64,000 bases of DNA from an uncultured delta proteobacterium. Its GTDB lineage: Bacteria; Desulfobacterota; Binatia; Binatales; Binataceae. Each line of letters starts with the position of its first letter. Positions within the stretch are counted from its first letter, which is position 1. The notes under the pieces are model-generated. The model was not told where the DNA came from. It did not search any database and saw only the letters and a list, made by a program, of their open reading frames with translations. This document shows, piece after piece, positions 40,717 through 50,667 of the stretch. The DNA lies in assembly GCA_963724765.1 (NCBI GenBank), contig CAVRVY010000001.1, positions 160,001 to 224,000 of the forward strand, read 5' to 3'. A program made the position numbers and the translations under genes.

Positions 40717-42009
40717 ATGCTGCATAAAGAGAGAATTGGGGGCGCGCTGATAGTGGCGCTATCGATGGTCGGGCCCTTATTCGCGACGCCCGGAAATATT
40801 CGCGCCGAGCTCGGCGTGGAATCCGCACTCGACGCGACTCAGCTCGTCGAAATAGCGGTGGAAGTCAATCCGCAAATTAAGGCTGCGAGAGCGCAATGGG
40901 AGGCGGCTCAGCATCAGATTCTGCAAAACTATGCTCCTGCGGATCCGGTCTTCACCTACTCGAATGTGGATAGCAGCAAAGACTTCAACGCGGCTGTCCA
41001 CGCCCATGCATTGAGCGAAAATTTCCAGTTTCCGGGAGAAGCGTTTCTACAGGCGGATGAATCAAGCCGGACCGCCGAGATTGCGCGTTTGACGTATGAG
41101 GCGGCGGTGCGGGACCTGCGAGCCGCCGTCGAGACCGCATATTACCAGGTACTGCTGGACAGTGCGCTGATCGAGGTCAATGCCGAGAACATCGCAAACC
41201 TGAAGCAAGTCGTTCGAGTAACTCAGGTCCAATACACGGGGGGCCAGGCGGCCCAATCCGATCTCATCGGTGCCGAGTTAGCTCTCCAGCAGGCTCAGTT
41301 GCAGCAACGCCAGTACCAAACCAACCGCTTGAACGACCGAGTAGGACTGAATCAACTGCTCTATCGGAGACCTGCCTCGCCGTTGAACCTTGACCAGAAG
41401 ATCGAGCTGAAACCACTGGAGATCCGGCTGAATAAAGCGGTCGATACCGCAACGCACGCGCGCCAGGAGATACTCGAAGCCGCGCTCACGGAGAAAAATT
41501 CAACCACGGCGGTGACACTCGCTGAGATGGAATATCTGCCGAACTATACGCTCGGATACGAGTTTGACTACATCCTGCAAGTCGGTGCGCAGCCCCTTCC
41601 CCACGTGACCCAGGGCAATACATGGACCATCGGATTCAATCTGCCGATATTTTTCTGGATCCATCAGCGCGAGGACGTGCGCTCGGCGCAACATTCGTTG
41701 CAGGCCGCTCGTTACAGCATGAATTCCGTCCTAAGCCAAACCGAGGCAACCGTCACGCAATTGTACCAATCCGCGCAATTCGCCTACGAGTCGGCGCAGG
41801 TGTACAGCGGGGAGCTGATTCCCTTGGCCGACAAGGACTTCAAAGTGTCATTGGTCGCTTATCAGACGGGCAAAGTCGACTTCCTTACATTGTCCTCGGC
41901 CTTGCAAAGCGACTACGCGTCGCGCCTCACTTACCTTCAGAACGCAAATTCCTTCTTCGCCGGAGAAGTTGCGTTGGAGCAGGCGATGGGGGTCTCGTTT
42001 CAAAAATGA
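40717..42009 (+). CDS. TolC/CzcC-family outer membrane factor
   Basis: NPQIKAARA, YLPNYTLG, FNLPIFF, YQTGKVDFL; AGGAG RBS. Confidence 0.93.
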   Translation: MLHKERIGGALIVALSMVGPLFATPGNIRAELGVESALDATQLVEIAVEVNPQIKAARAQWEAAQHQILQNYAPADPVFTYSNVDSSKDFNAAVHAHALSENFQFPGEAFLQADESSRTAEIARLTYEAAVRDLRAAVETAYYQVLLDSALIEVNAENIANLKQVVRVTQVQYTGGQAAQSDLIGAELALQQAQLQQRQYQTNRLNDRVGLNQLLYRRPASPLNLDQKIELKPLEIRLNKAVDTATHARQEILEAALTEKNSTTAVTLAEMEYLPNYTLGYEFDYILQVGAQPLPHVTQGNTWTIGFNLPIFFWIHQREDVRSAQHSLQAARYSMNSVLSQTEATVTQLYQSAQFAYESAQVYSGELIPLADKDFKVSLVAYQTGKVDFLTLSSALQSDYASRLTYLQNANSFFAGEVALEQAMGVSFQK

Positions 42010-43229
42010 AGCTGATTACCACAGCTGCAGGGTTTGCAAACAAAAGAACACATCTCAAGGTCCTCTCTGGTCTGATCATGGCTTGGCTGGCGCTGAGCGT
42101 GCTTAGCGGATGCGATAGCGCGTCGCCATCTCCGGCCGAAACCAATTCCGTGTCGTCTGAAATAAAAACCGGTTGGTTCATCAGGCCGTCTGAAACGGCA
42201 ACCTTGGTTCATCAGGCCGACGGACCTGAATTGATGGTGATCGCCAATGCTCAAGCCGAGGAAGGGGCGATCGACACTGTAAGGCAGGCGCCACTGCCAG
42301 GCGTTCTGGAAGCGACAGGCCAGGTGACGTTCTACGATAAGCTGGTCTCGACCATCATCTCGCGGCTCACGGGGCGGATTGAGGAAATGCGGAGCTCGCA
42401 ATGGGAGATGGTTCGCCGCGGACAGCTGGTGATGAAGGTGTACAGCCCCGACTACATGTCCGCCGAGGCGGAGTACCTTGCAGCGACCTCCGACGGGAGC
42501 CAAAGCGGCGGCCCCGGCACACAGACCGGGGCCTTCGGCATGCCGGCCGGCGTGAGCATGGCGGCAAGCCTGAAGGAAGCCGCCGTGCGCAAGCTTGATC
42601 TACTGGGCTTTTCACCCGCGGACATCGCCGCGATCCGGACGGCAAGGCCGTCGGTCTGGGTGCGTGCCCCGATCAGCGGAATTATCGTGAGCAAGAATGT
42701 GGTGCGCGGCCAGGCGGTTAACCCCGGCGACCAGCTTTTCGCTTTGGCCACGCTGCAGCGGGTATGGATCACCGCGGACATTTATCAAGACGACCTCGCC
42801 CGCGTGAGTGTTGGACAAAGTCTGGAGGCGGTTACCGCCTCCTATCCAGGAGAAGTCTTCAAGGGCACGGTTCAGAGAATCAGCCCCGCCCTGGATCCCA
42901 ACATCCACACCCTGCAATTGCGCTGTCAGGTCAACAACCCCGGATCCCTGCTTAAGCCGCAAATGCTGGCGCGGGTGCGCCTGGTAACCAGTTCCAGGCT
43001 GGCGCTCGTGATCCCCCAGTCAGCGTTGGTTTTCGATGACAACGCCTACTTTGCGTTCATCGTGACCGGTGCGAACAGCGTCGAGCGCCGACGAGTAGAG
43101 ATCGCCGAATGGAACGAGCCCGGATACGCCCGCGTGCTAAGCGGTATCCAGCCAGGCGACAGATTCCTTACGACAGAATCGGTCAAATTTAACGCCATGT
43201 GGCATGCGGCTCACAGCAAGACCTCATGA
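42006..43229 (+). CDS. RND periplasmic adaptor (CzcB/CusB-like), copy 1
   Basis: Lipobox LSG-C; YSPDY..AEAEYL, RAPISG, VWITADIYQDDL, LKPQM; ATGA coupling. Confidence 0.93.
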   Translation: MKLITTAAGFANKRTHLKVLSGLIMAWLALSVLSGCDSASPSPAETNSVSSEIKTGWFIRPSETATLVHQADGPELMVIANAQAEEGAIDTVRQAPLPGVLEATGQVTFYDKLVSTIISRLTGRIEEMRSSQWEMVRRGQLVMKVYSPDYMSAEAEYLAATSDGSQSGGPGTQTGAFGMPAGVSMAASLKEAAVRKLDLLGFSPADIAAIRTARPSVWVRAPISGIIVSKNVVRGQAVNPGDQLFALATLQRVWITADIYQDDLARVSVGQSLEAVTASYPGEVFKGTVQRISPALDPNIHTLQLRCQVNNPGSLLKPQMLARVRLVTSSRLALVIPQSALVFDDNAYFAFIVTGANSVERRRVEIAEWNEPGYARVLSGIQPGDRFLTTESVKFNAMWHAAHSKTS

Positions 43230-43306
43230 GAGCATCAACGTCCGCATAGCGGAGGACCAGTTTTTGGTGGCGAAGGTCGCTCCTGAGCAGACACTTGAGG
43301 ACCGTT

Positions 43307-44464
43307 ATGAGAATGAAAACGCTGTTGAGAATATTGAGGTTTAGCCGGTTAGCGTCAGTGCTCCTTTTGAGCCTGCTCTTTGGATGTGACAGTTCGACGG
43401 TGAGCCGCGCCGCCGCAGAAGTTCCATCATCAGCGCCATCGTCCGGCATACCGCAATTGGTTACCCAAGGCGGCCACCAGGAGTGGATGGTGATCAATCT
43501 CTCCCAGATAGAAGGCCTGTCCGTTGGTAGCGTCCAGGTTATTGCCTTGCCGGGAATACTCGAGGCGGTCGGCCAGGTGAATTTCGACGATCGTCTGGTC
43601 TCAACGATAATCTCGCGGGTCACTGGTCGGTTAGAGGACATCCGAGTCTCGCAATGGGACACGGTGCGCGCTGGCGAGAATATTCTTTCGCTCTACAGCC
43701 CTGATTTCATGACTGCGGAGGCAGAATATCTCGAGGCCTTCTCAAGCCCCCCGCGGATAACAGGCCCGGGGATACCTGCCGGCACCTATGAAATGACGGC
43801 CGACCTGAAGGCCGCGGCGATCAAAAAACTCGAATTGCTTGGCCTCTCGCCCGCCGACATCGCGGGCATCAAGCACGCCACGCCGTCGCGCTGGATGCGG
43901 GCGCCGATCAGCGGAATTGTGGTGACCAAACTTGCCTTGCGTGGCGCACAGGTTAATCCGGGCGACCAACTCTTCTCGCTGGCCTCGCTAGAGCGGGTAT
44001 GGATTACCGTTGACATATATGAAGACGACCTTTCCCGAGTTCATGCCGGCCAAAGTTTAGAAGCCGTCACGCTCGCTTATCCGGACAAAGTCTTCAAAGG
44101 GGTGGTGAACCGTATCAGCCCCAACCTTGATCCCAACTTCCACACACTTCAGCTTCTCTGTCGGATCGAAAACCCTGGGGAGAAACTCAAACCACAGATG
44201 TTGGCTCGGGTGCGGATCGTGACCCACCCCGGTACAGCTCTGGTTGTGCCCCAAACAGCCCTGGTTTTCGACGGCAACGTTTACTACGCCTTCGTGCAAA
44301 CAGGCGCGAACACGGTTGAGCGCCGCAGTGTTGAAATTGCTACGTGGAACGATCAGGGCTACGCCCGCGTAGTGTCAGGGCTCAAGTCTGGCGAGCGCGT
44401 CATAACCCGTAAGTCACTTCAGCTAAACGCCCTATGGCGTGAGGCGCACGGAGAGAGCTCCTAA
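43307..44464 (+). CDS. RND periplasmic adaptor (CzcB/CusB-like), copy 2
   Basis: Lipobox LFG-C; same motifs as copy 1 and clearly paralogous. Confidence 0.93.
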   Translation: MRMKTLLRILRFSRLASVLLLSLLFGCDSSTVSRAAAEVPSSAPSSGIPQLVTQGGHQEWMVINLSQIEGLSVGSVQVIALPGILEAVGQVNFDDRLVSTIISRVTGRLEDIRVSQWDTVRAGENILSLYSPDFMTAEAEYLEAFSSPPRITGPGIPAGTYEMTADLKAAAIKKLELLGLSPADIAGIKHATPSRWMRAPISGIVVTKLALRGAQVNPGDQLFSLASLERVWITVDIYEDDLSRVHAGQSLEAVTLAYPDKVFKGVVNRISPNLDPNFHTLQLLCRIENPGEKLKPQMLARVRIVTHPGTALVVPQTALVFDGNVYYAFVQTGANTVERRSVEIATWNDQGYARVVSGLKSGERVITRKSLQLNALWREAHGESS

Positions 44465-44476
44465 GAGGGAAGCGAG

Positions 44477-47400
44477 ATGATCAGGATTCTAATGGACTGG
44501 GCGCTCGCCGAGCGCGCGATCGTTGTAGGGCTTGCGCTGCTCCTTATAATCTCCGGGCTCTATGCATTTCATGAACTGGATATTGAAGCGTATCCCGATC
44601 CGGTACAACCAGATATAGAGATTACTACTCAGCCCTTTGGGTATAGTGCCGAAGAGGTTGAAAAGCTGGCCACCATCCCACTTGAGTGGGGTCTGGCGGG
44701 AATGCGCAACCTCGAAGCAATACGGACTATTTCCCTTTTCGGTTTATCAGACGTTAAGTTGTTCTTCAGCTGGGACAGCGACTACTACTGGGATCGGACC
44801 GACGTCCTTAACCGGCTCGCACTTATAACCCTTCCGTTGCCGGCGGGTATTACTCCTGGCCTCAATCCCGACAATCCGATTGGCGAGATCTACCGCTATA
44901 CCGTCCAGAGTCCCGACCACAATGTGCTGGAGGAAAAGGAGGTCGAGGACTGGATACTTGAAAAGCAATTCAAGACCGTTCCGTGGATCGAGGACGTGGC
45001 TGGTTTCGGCGGTCTGACAAAGGAGTACCACGTCGACGTCGATGCTGAGAAGCTCACTCACTACCAGATGTCGCTGCCTACTCTGATCGGCGCGATCTCG
45101 AATGCCAACATCAACGTCGGCGGCAACTACCTTGACGTGGGCGAGCAAGCTATGGATGTGCGCGGTGTCGGATTCATCCACAGTCTGGACGATATCCGAA
45201 ACATCACGCTCAATACCAGTAACGCGACGCCGGTTCGGGTTCGCGAGTTGGCGGATGTGTCGATCGGCCACGCCCCACGTCTTGGAATTGTAGGCATGAA
45301 CGACAAAGACGAAGTGGTCGAGGGGATCGTGCTGATGCGCAAGTATGGCGATACCCTCAAGGCCCTCGACGGTGTCGAAGCCAAGGCCGAGCAGCTCAAC
45401 ACTTCTGGCATGCTTCCCAAGGGGTACAAAGTCGTTCCATACTATGATCGCAGGGAACTGGTTTATACCACTCTTCGCACCGTATTCGAAAATCTCTCAT
45501 TGGGAATGTTGCTGGTCTTTCTGGTGCTCATCTTCTTCCTCGGCAATCTGCGCACCGCCCTCATCGCGGCCGTTAACATTCCACTGGCGATGTTTGGTGC
45601 CTTCATACTACTATATTTTACCGGGACGCCTGCAAATCTCCTCTCTCTCGGTGCGGTGGATTTTGGCATCATCATCGACTCGACGATTATTGTTGTCGAG
45701 AACATCTATCGCCACATGACCACAGACATTTTGGCAACCGAAGACAAAATGCATTGCATCCGCCGTGCTTCGGTCGAGGTCGGTGGTCCGATGCTCTACT
45801 CAACGTTGATTTTCATCGTTGCTTTTCTGCCTCTGTTCACGATGAAAGGTGTCGAAGGCGTAATCTTCTCACCGATGTCACACACCTATGCGTTCGCGCT
45901 GATCACTGCGATTATTCTCGCCGTGACTCTTACGCCGGTGCTGAGTTCCTATCTTCTGAAAAAAGGAATGAAAGAGACTCACAACATCGTGTGGAGGTCG
46001 TTTCACCGCTTTTATCACAACCTGTTTGTCCGGATCCTGCGATTCCCCCGTCTGACACTTGTGGCGATCGTGCTGATCATGGCCGCGGGGCTCTCCTTTT
46101 TTCCATACCTGGGCGGCGAGTTTCTGCCCAAGCTCGAAGAGGGAAACATCTGGGCCCGTGCGACGCTGCCGCTGACGACCTCGTTATCCAATGCCGATGA
46201 GGTCATGTCAGGCGCGCGCCGAGTATTCCTGTCCTTTCCGGAAGTAACCCAGGTAGTCTCTCAAGCCGGCCGGCCCGACGATGGTTCGGATACGACCGGA
46301 TTTTTCAACCTTGAATTTTTTGTCGATCTGAAGGACCAGGACCAATGGCGGCCGCGCGGCATGACCAAAGATGAACTCGTCTCGAAGATGGCCGATAAAT
46401 TGAACGCGCGCTATCCGGGCGTGAACTTTGGTTTCTCCCAAAACATCGAGGACAACGTCGAGGAAGCTCTTTCGGGCGTTAAAGGGGTTAATTCGATCAA
46501 GGTCTATGGCCCCGATCTAGGCGTTGATGAACGGATCGCCAACCGGATCAAAGAGGTGGTCAGCGGGGTGCCGGGGATGACCGATATGGCAGTATATCGC
46601 GCGATGGGGCAGCCCAACCTAGTGATTACACCCGACCGGGCTGCCTGCTCCCGATACGGATTGAACGTCGGCGACGTCAACGGCGTGGTTCAGGCGGCGA
46701 TCGGTGGACAGGCGGTCACCCAGGTGCTTCAGGGCGAGCGGGCTTTCAACCTCGTGGTCCGTTGGCTGCCGAAATACCGCAATAGCTTGAATGCGATTCG
46801 CCAGATCCGAATCGCGCAACCCTCGGGCGGCTATGTCCAACTTGATCAAGTAGCTGACATCAAAACCGAGGAAGGCGCCTCGTTTATCTATCGCGAAGGC
46901 CTTCAGCGCTACGTGCCGATGCGTTTTAATGTCCGCGGCCGTGACATGCAGACCACCGTCGAAGACGCCAAGCGTGCGGTAGCCAAACAAATCAATTTGC
47001 CTAGAGGCGTTCGCCTCGAATGGCAGGGCGAGTATAGCGAGCTTCAGAAGGCCAACCGGCGCTTCGCAATCGTCGTACCGCTGGCACTACTTTTGATCAT
47101 GGGCATTCTGTACGCCGCAACCACCTCCTTCGTCAATACGGCGATCCTGATGGCGCAAGTTCCGCTGGCCTGCTTGGGCGGCGTATTGGCGCTGGTCATA
47201 ACCGGCACGCCGTTCAGCGTTTCGGCGGCAGTCGGCTTCATTTCAATCTTCGCGATCGCGATCATGGACGGCATATTGTTGAACTTCTACATCCACCAGC
47301 TCTGGGTGCAAGGTTACACCGTGCTTGATTCAATTGTCATGGGCGCTGACCGCCGATTTCGCGCTCTGATGATGACCGCGCTGGTTGACGGTCTGGGACT

Positions 47401-47593
47401 TTTGCCCGCTGCACTCTCGACGCGAATTGGCGCGCAGACTCAGAAGCCCCTGGCAATCGTCGTCATAGGAGGCGCGATATCGATCGCGCTGTTGACCCGG
47501 GTGTTTCATCCAACACTGGTTTACGTTTTTCACAAACAGCTCGGCCTGAGCGATGAGGGTGAACGACTGGAAGCACCGCCATTCGATGAGTGA
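44477..47593 (+). CDS. Heavy-metal efflux RND transporter, CzcA/CusA family
   Basis: LDIEAYPD, TM4 LGAVDFGIIIDSTIIVVEN (divalent HME-type), GGEFLPKLEEG, QKPLAIVVIGG; 1038 aa. Confidence 0.96.
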   Translation: MIRILMDWALAERAIVVGLALLLIISGLYAFHELDIEAYPDPVQPDIEITTQPFGYSAEEVEKLATIPLEWGLAGMRNLEAIRTISLFGLSDVKLFFSWDSDYYWDRTDVLNRLALITLPLPAGITPGLNPDNPIGEIYRYTVQSPDHNVLEEKEVEDWILEKQFKTVPWIEDVAGFGGLTKEYHVDVDAEKLTHYQMSLPTLIGAISNANINVGGNYLDVGEQAMDVRGVGFIHSLDDIRNITLNTSNATPVRVRELADVSIGHAPRLGIVGMNDKDEVVEGIVLMRKYGDTLKALDGVEAKAEQLNTSGMLPKGYKVVPYYDRRELVYTTLRTVFENLSLGMLLVFLVLIFFLGNLRTALIAAVNIPLAMFGAFILLYFTGTPANLLSLGAVDFGIIIDSTIIVVENIYRHMTTDILATEDKMHCIRRASVEVGGPMLYSTLIFIVAFLPLFTMKGVEGVIFSPMSHTYAFALITAIILAVTLTPVLSSYLLKKGMKETHNIVWRSFHRFYHNLFVRILRFPRLTLVAIVLIMAAGLSFFPYLGGEFLPKLEEGNIWARATLPLTTSLSNADEVMSGARRVFLSFPEVTQVVSQAGRPDDGSDTTGFFNLEFFVDLKDQDQWRPRGMTKDELVSKMADKLNARYPGVNFGFSQNIEDNVEEALSGVKGVNSIKVYGPDLGVDERIANRIKEVVSGVPGMTDMAVYRAMGQPNLVITPDRAACSRYGLNVGDVNGVVQAAIGGQAVTQVLQGERAFNLVVRWLPKYRNSLNAIRQIRIAQPSGGYVQLDQVADIKTEEGASFIYREGLQRYVPMRFNVRGRDMQTTVEDAKRAVAKQINLPRGVRLEWQGEYSELQKANRRFAIVVPLALLLIMGILYAATTSFVNTAILMAQVPLACLGGVLALVITGTPFSVSAAVGFISIFAIAIMDGILLNFYIHQLWVQGYTVLDSIVMGADRRFRALMMTALVDGLGLLPAALSTRIGAQTQKPLAIVVIGGAISIALLTRVFHPTLVYVFHKQLGLSDEGERLEAPPFDE

Positions 47594-47961
47594 TGAATAG
47601 CATTAGGGAAATCCAATGAAACAGTTGTATGAATACTTGGCGGCCGTGGCTGTCTCGTCGATTAGTCTGTATCCGAGTGCAGCCTGCGCGGCCGGCCGTC
47701 ATGGAGCAAATCACACAGTCTCCGCGGCGATGTATCAACTTTTCAAGCGAACACCCTTTTCAGAATGTCAGTCGTATTGTCAACTTTCCGTGCCCAGCTG
47801 GGACCTGCACCTCGACCGCGCAGACCTATTCCGGACAGGACATCTTCGAGACGGCAACAATCTACACGTGGTGACACTTGAGAATATCAGGGTTTAGAGA
47901 GCGATGCCCCAGAACTGATCAGGACTGATTTTCAGTGCTCGGCCAATGGGAGCTGCAAACG

Positions 47962-48269
47962 ATGGCCAAATTGCTGGTCGTCGAAGACGAAAAGAATATA
48001 CGACTGGGCCTCGCAGCGCTGTACCAGGAACATCGGGTTCAGACCGCGGGGGAGTGCGCACGAGGCTATGGAAATGCTTGCCACAGACGACTTCGATCTG
48101 GTGCTCAGCGACTACCGAATGACCAAAATGAATGGGGCTGGAATTGCTGAGCGAAGTCAAGAGCCGGTTTCCTGACACTACAGTGATATTGATGAGCGCT
48201 CACACTACGTTGAACGTGGTAGCCATTATAAAAGCGGGGACTTACGATTATCTGACGAAGCCATTTTAA
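47962..48269 (+). pseudogene. NtrC/ZraR-type response regulator receiver remnant (frameshifted)
   Basis: MAKLLVVEDEKNIR / FDLVLSDYRMTKMNG / LELLSEVK...VILMSAH...AGTYDYLTKPF*. Confidence 0.85.
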
Positions 48270-48381
48270 CCGATCAGGTCTGAAGGCGCGGTGCTCTGTG
48301 CAAGGTACGCACGTCAACACAAATGAGCGCACCCCCGCTGCTGTGCATGACGTAACCTCTACAGCGAGGGAGGGACAACCA

Positions 48382-48660
48382 ATGGCGTCGGCGGATCTCG
48401 AACTCTGCTACCTGACAGCGACGGAAGCAATCGATCAGTTCAAGGCGAAGAAGTTATCGCCGGCCGAGCTGATGAAAGCTGTGATCGCGCGATGCGAGGC
48501 GGTGAATCCGAAACTCAACGTCCTTACCTAAACGTTCGCCGAGCGCGCGCTCGAGCATGCCAAGGCTTCCGAGGCACGCTATATGAAGGGCCCAGCGCGA
48601 CCGCTCGAAGGCGTCCCGCTCGCGATTAAGGATTTTCATCCGGTCAGGGGCGAGATCACC
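48382..48660 (+). pseudogene. Amidase (GatA-like) 5' fragment, cut by IS
   Basis: ELCYLTATEA...LSPAELM...VNPKLN, internal TAA, RPLEGVPLAIKD. Confidence 0.85.
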
Positions 48661-49958
48661 TGTGGCTGCTAAAAACCTCGAACGCTCCTAAAAGTCTAGA
48701 GTTTTAGGATGGGCGGCCGTAGTGTGCCGGCATGCTTAAGCTCGTGCGTTCCATCGTCTCGGTCCTTGCCCGCCGATTCCGTAGCCGGGCGGTTCTGGAA
48801 TTGGAGAACCTCGCCCTCCGTCAGCTGCACGTTCTTCGTCGCCAGCGGCCGGGTCGGCCCCGGCTGATCGCGATCGACCGCTTGCTCTGGGTCTGGCTCT
48901 ACCGATTGTGGCCGCGCTGTCTGGCCGCGATGGTGTTGGTCAAGCCGGCCACCGTCGTCCAATGGCACCGTCAGGGCTTCCGCCTGTTTTGGCGCTGGCG
49001 TTCAAGATCAGGACGGCCGTCAATTGATCACGAAGTTCGGGATCTAATTCGGCAAATGAACGCTGCCAACCCGCTCTGGGGGGCGCCCCGGATCCATGGC
49101 GAGCTGCTGAAGCTCGGCATCGAGATAAGCCAAGCCACGGTTGCCAAGTATATGGTGCGAAGACGAGGCAGACCTTCTCCGACCTGGCGTAGCTTCCTAC
49201 TCCATCAGACTCAAGGCATCGCCGCAACCGACATGTTTGTCGTGGCTTGCGCATCGTTTCGGCTGCTGTATGTGATGATCATTCTGGCCCACGATCGCAG
49301 GAAGATTGTGCGATTTGATGTCACCCTGCATCCCACCGCAGGCTGGCTATCGCGTCAGGTGACCGAAGCGTTCCCGTGGGACACCGCTCCGCGCTATTTG
49401 CTTCGCGACCGTGACGCGTCGTACGGCTGGTATTTCCGTAATCGAGTCGAGGCTATGGGAATGACGGAGGTTGTCAGCGCACCTCGATCACCCTGGCAGA
49501 ACGCCTTCGTCGAGCGGGTCATCGGCTCGATTCGTCGCGAATGTCTGGATCACATGGTGATCTTCAACGAGCGCCATCTGCTCCGCGTCCTCTCGTCGTA
49601 CGTCGACTACTACCACCGAACGCGCACGCATCTTTCACTCAACAAGGACTGCCCGGACCCTCGCCCACTCATGCCACCCAGGATCGGAAGAGTCGTCGCC
49701 ATCCCACAAGTCAGTGGCCTGCATCACCGCTACGAACGTCTCGCCGCCTGCTTCGTAACAGCTCTTGCTCACCAACGATTGCGCCATGGCCGGTACGTCA
49801 TCGTCTGAGGATCTCTGTATCCGAGGTTCTTCGATCTCAATCCAAGGCCGACCGTTTTTAGGTTCAGCTTGCGGCCCACTTACTTCAGCGCACCAATTCG
49901 ATGGCAATTCTCGCAGCCGCTGAAATTGCGGCTCCAAATGGTATTTCTAGTAGCGACA
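48661..49958 (+). mobile_element. IS481-like (rve integrase core) insertion sequence
   Basis: Terminal inverted repeats TGTGGCTGCTAAAAA / TTTCTAGTAGCGACA; no matching target duplication, and the two flanks are unrelated fragments. Confidence 0.85.
48732..49808 (+). CDS. DDE transposase, integrase core domain
   Basis: NPLWGAPRIHGEL, TDMF, LLRDRD, PWQNAFVERVIGSIRRECLD, GLHHRYER; the native stop after RLAA appears mutated to TGC. Confidence 0.92.
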   Translation: MLKLVRSIVSVLARRFRSRAVLELENLALRQLHVLRRQRPGRPRLIAIDRLLWVWLYRLWPRCLAAMVLVKPATVVQWHRQGFRLFWRWRSRSGRPSIDHEVRDLIRQMNAANPLWGAPRIHGELLKLGIEISQATVAKYMVRRRGRPSPTWRSFLLHQTQGIAATDMFVVACASFRLLYVMIILAHDRRKIVRFDVTLHPTAGWLSRQVTEAFPWDTAPRYLLRDRDASYGWYFRNRVEAMGMTEVVSAPRSPWQNAFVERVIGSIRRECLDHMVIFNERHLLRVLSSYVDYYHRTRTHLSLNKDCPDPRPLMPPRIGRVVAIPQVSGLHHRYERLAACFVTALAHQRLRHGRYVIV

Positions 49959-50139
49959 GGGGTCAGGTCAATACGCTGTTATTGCTTCGAATTCTTCCCG
50001 TTCACTCGCTCATAGACCCCGCGGCTCTTTCGCTTCACCATCTTCGCATCAATCCAACGCGTAATGGCCGCGAAGACCTCGGAGGGCCGCTTATCCTTGG
50101 TCATAGGCACGGCACGGATATGCGAGGCCTTGAACTGCC

Positions 50140-50512
50140 GGTTTGAAGCAGCCGAATCAGCCGTTCCATGCGCAATCGGCCGCCCGTACAAAGACCGGTG
50201 CGAATGGGTTTTTCCGCCATCCCCCACGCCCCAATCCAGACGTGGAAGGCCGACGTAGTCGCCCTTACCGTGATACCCCACGTTCGAAATAGTGCCACTG
50301 GGTTTGGTTACCTTGATGGCATTTTGGAGAGTCTGTTCGCTCCCCAGAGCCTCAATTGCCGAATAAACGCCTTCTCCGTTAGTGAGTTCCATGCTTCGAT
50401 CAGTTGCGTCTTCCCCGGTGTGATCGACGATAGCGTCGGCTCCATAGATACGGGCCAGCTTTTGCCGTTTGGGCACCGAGTCGATCCCGATCACAAGGCC
50501 CGCGCCACGCAA
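50140..50512 (-). pseudogene. Zn-dependent alcohol dehydrogenase internal fragment
   Basis: GAGLVIGID...GADAIVD...SAIEALG...GTISNVGYHG, then after a frameshift IRTGLCTGGRLRMERL. Confidence 0.85.
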
Positions 50513-50667
50513 TGAGCATCACCTGTGCCAGATACGGCCAAAGCCGCTGACAAGTCTATGTCCGAGAGTTGGAGACCAGAGAAGATTGTGCCCTTGAGCA
50601 CCACCGAGATTGGCTTGATGATGCTTGCGGACACATTCGAGAACCGGAAGGGACGGTTGTTTGGGTT

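Noticed and set aside
47616-47897. 93-aa ORF after the RND gene
   Set aside because: Weak signal-like start but no recognisable family or codon bias. It cannot be supported.
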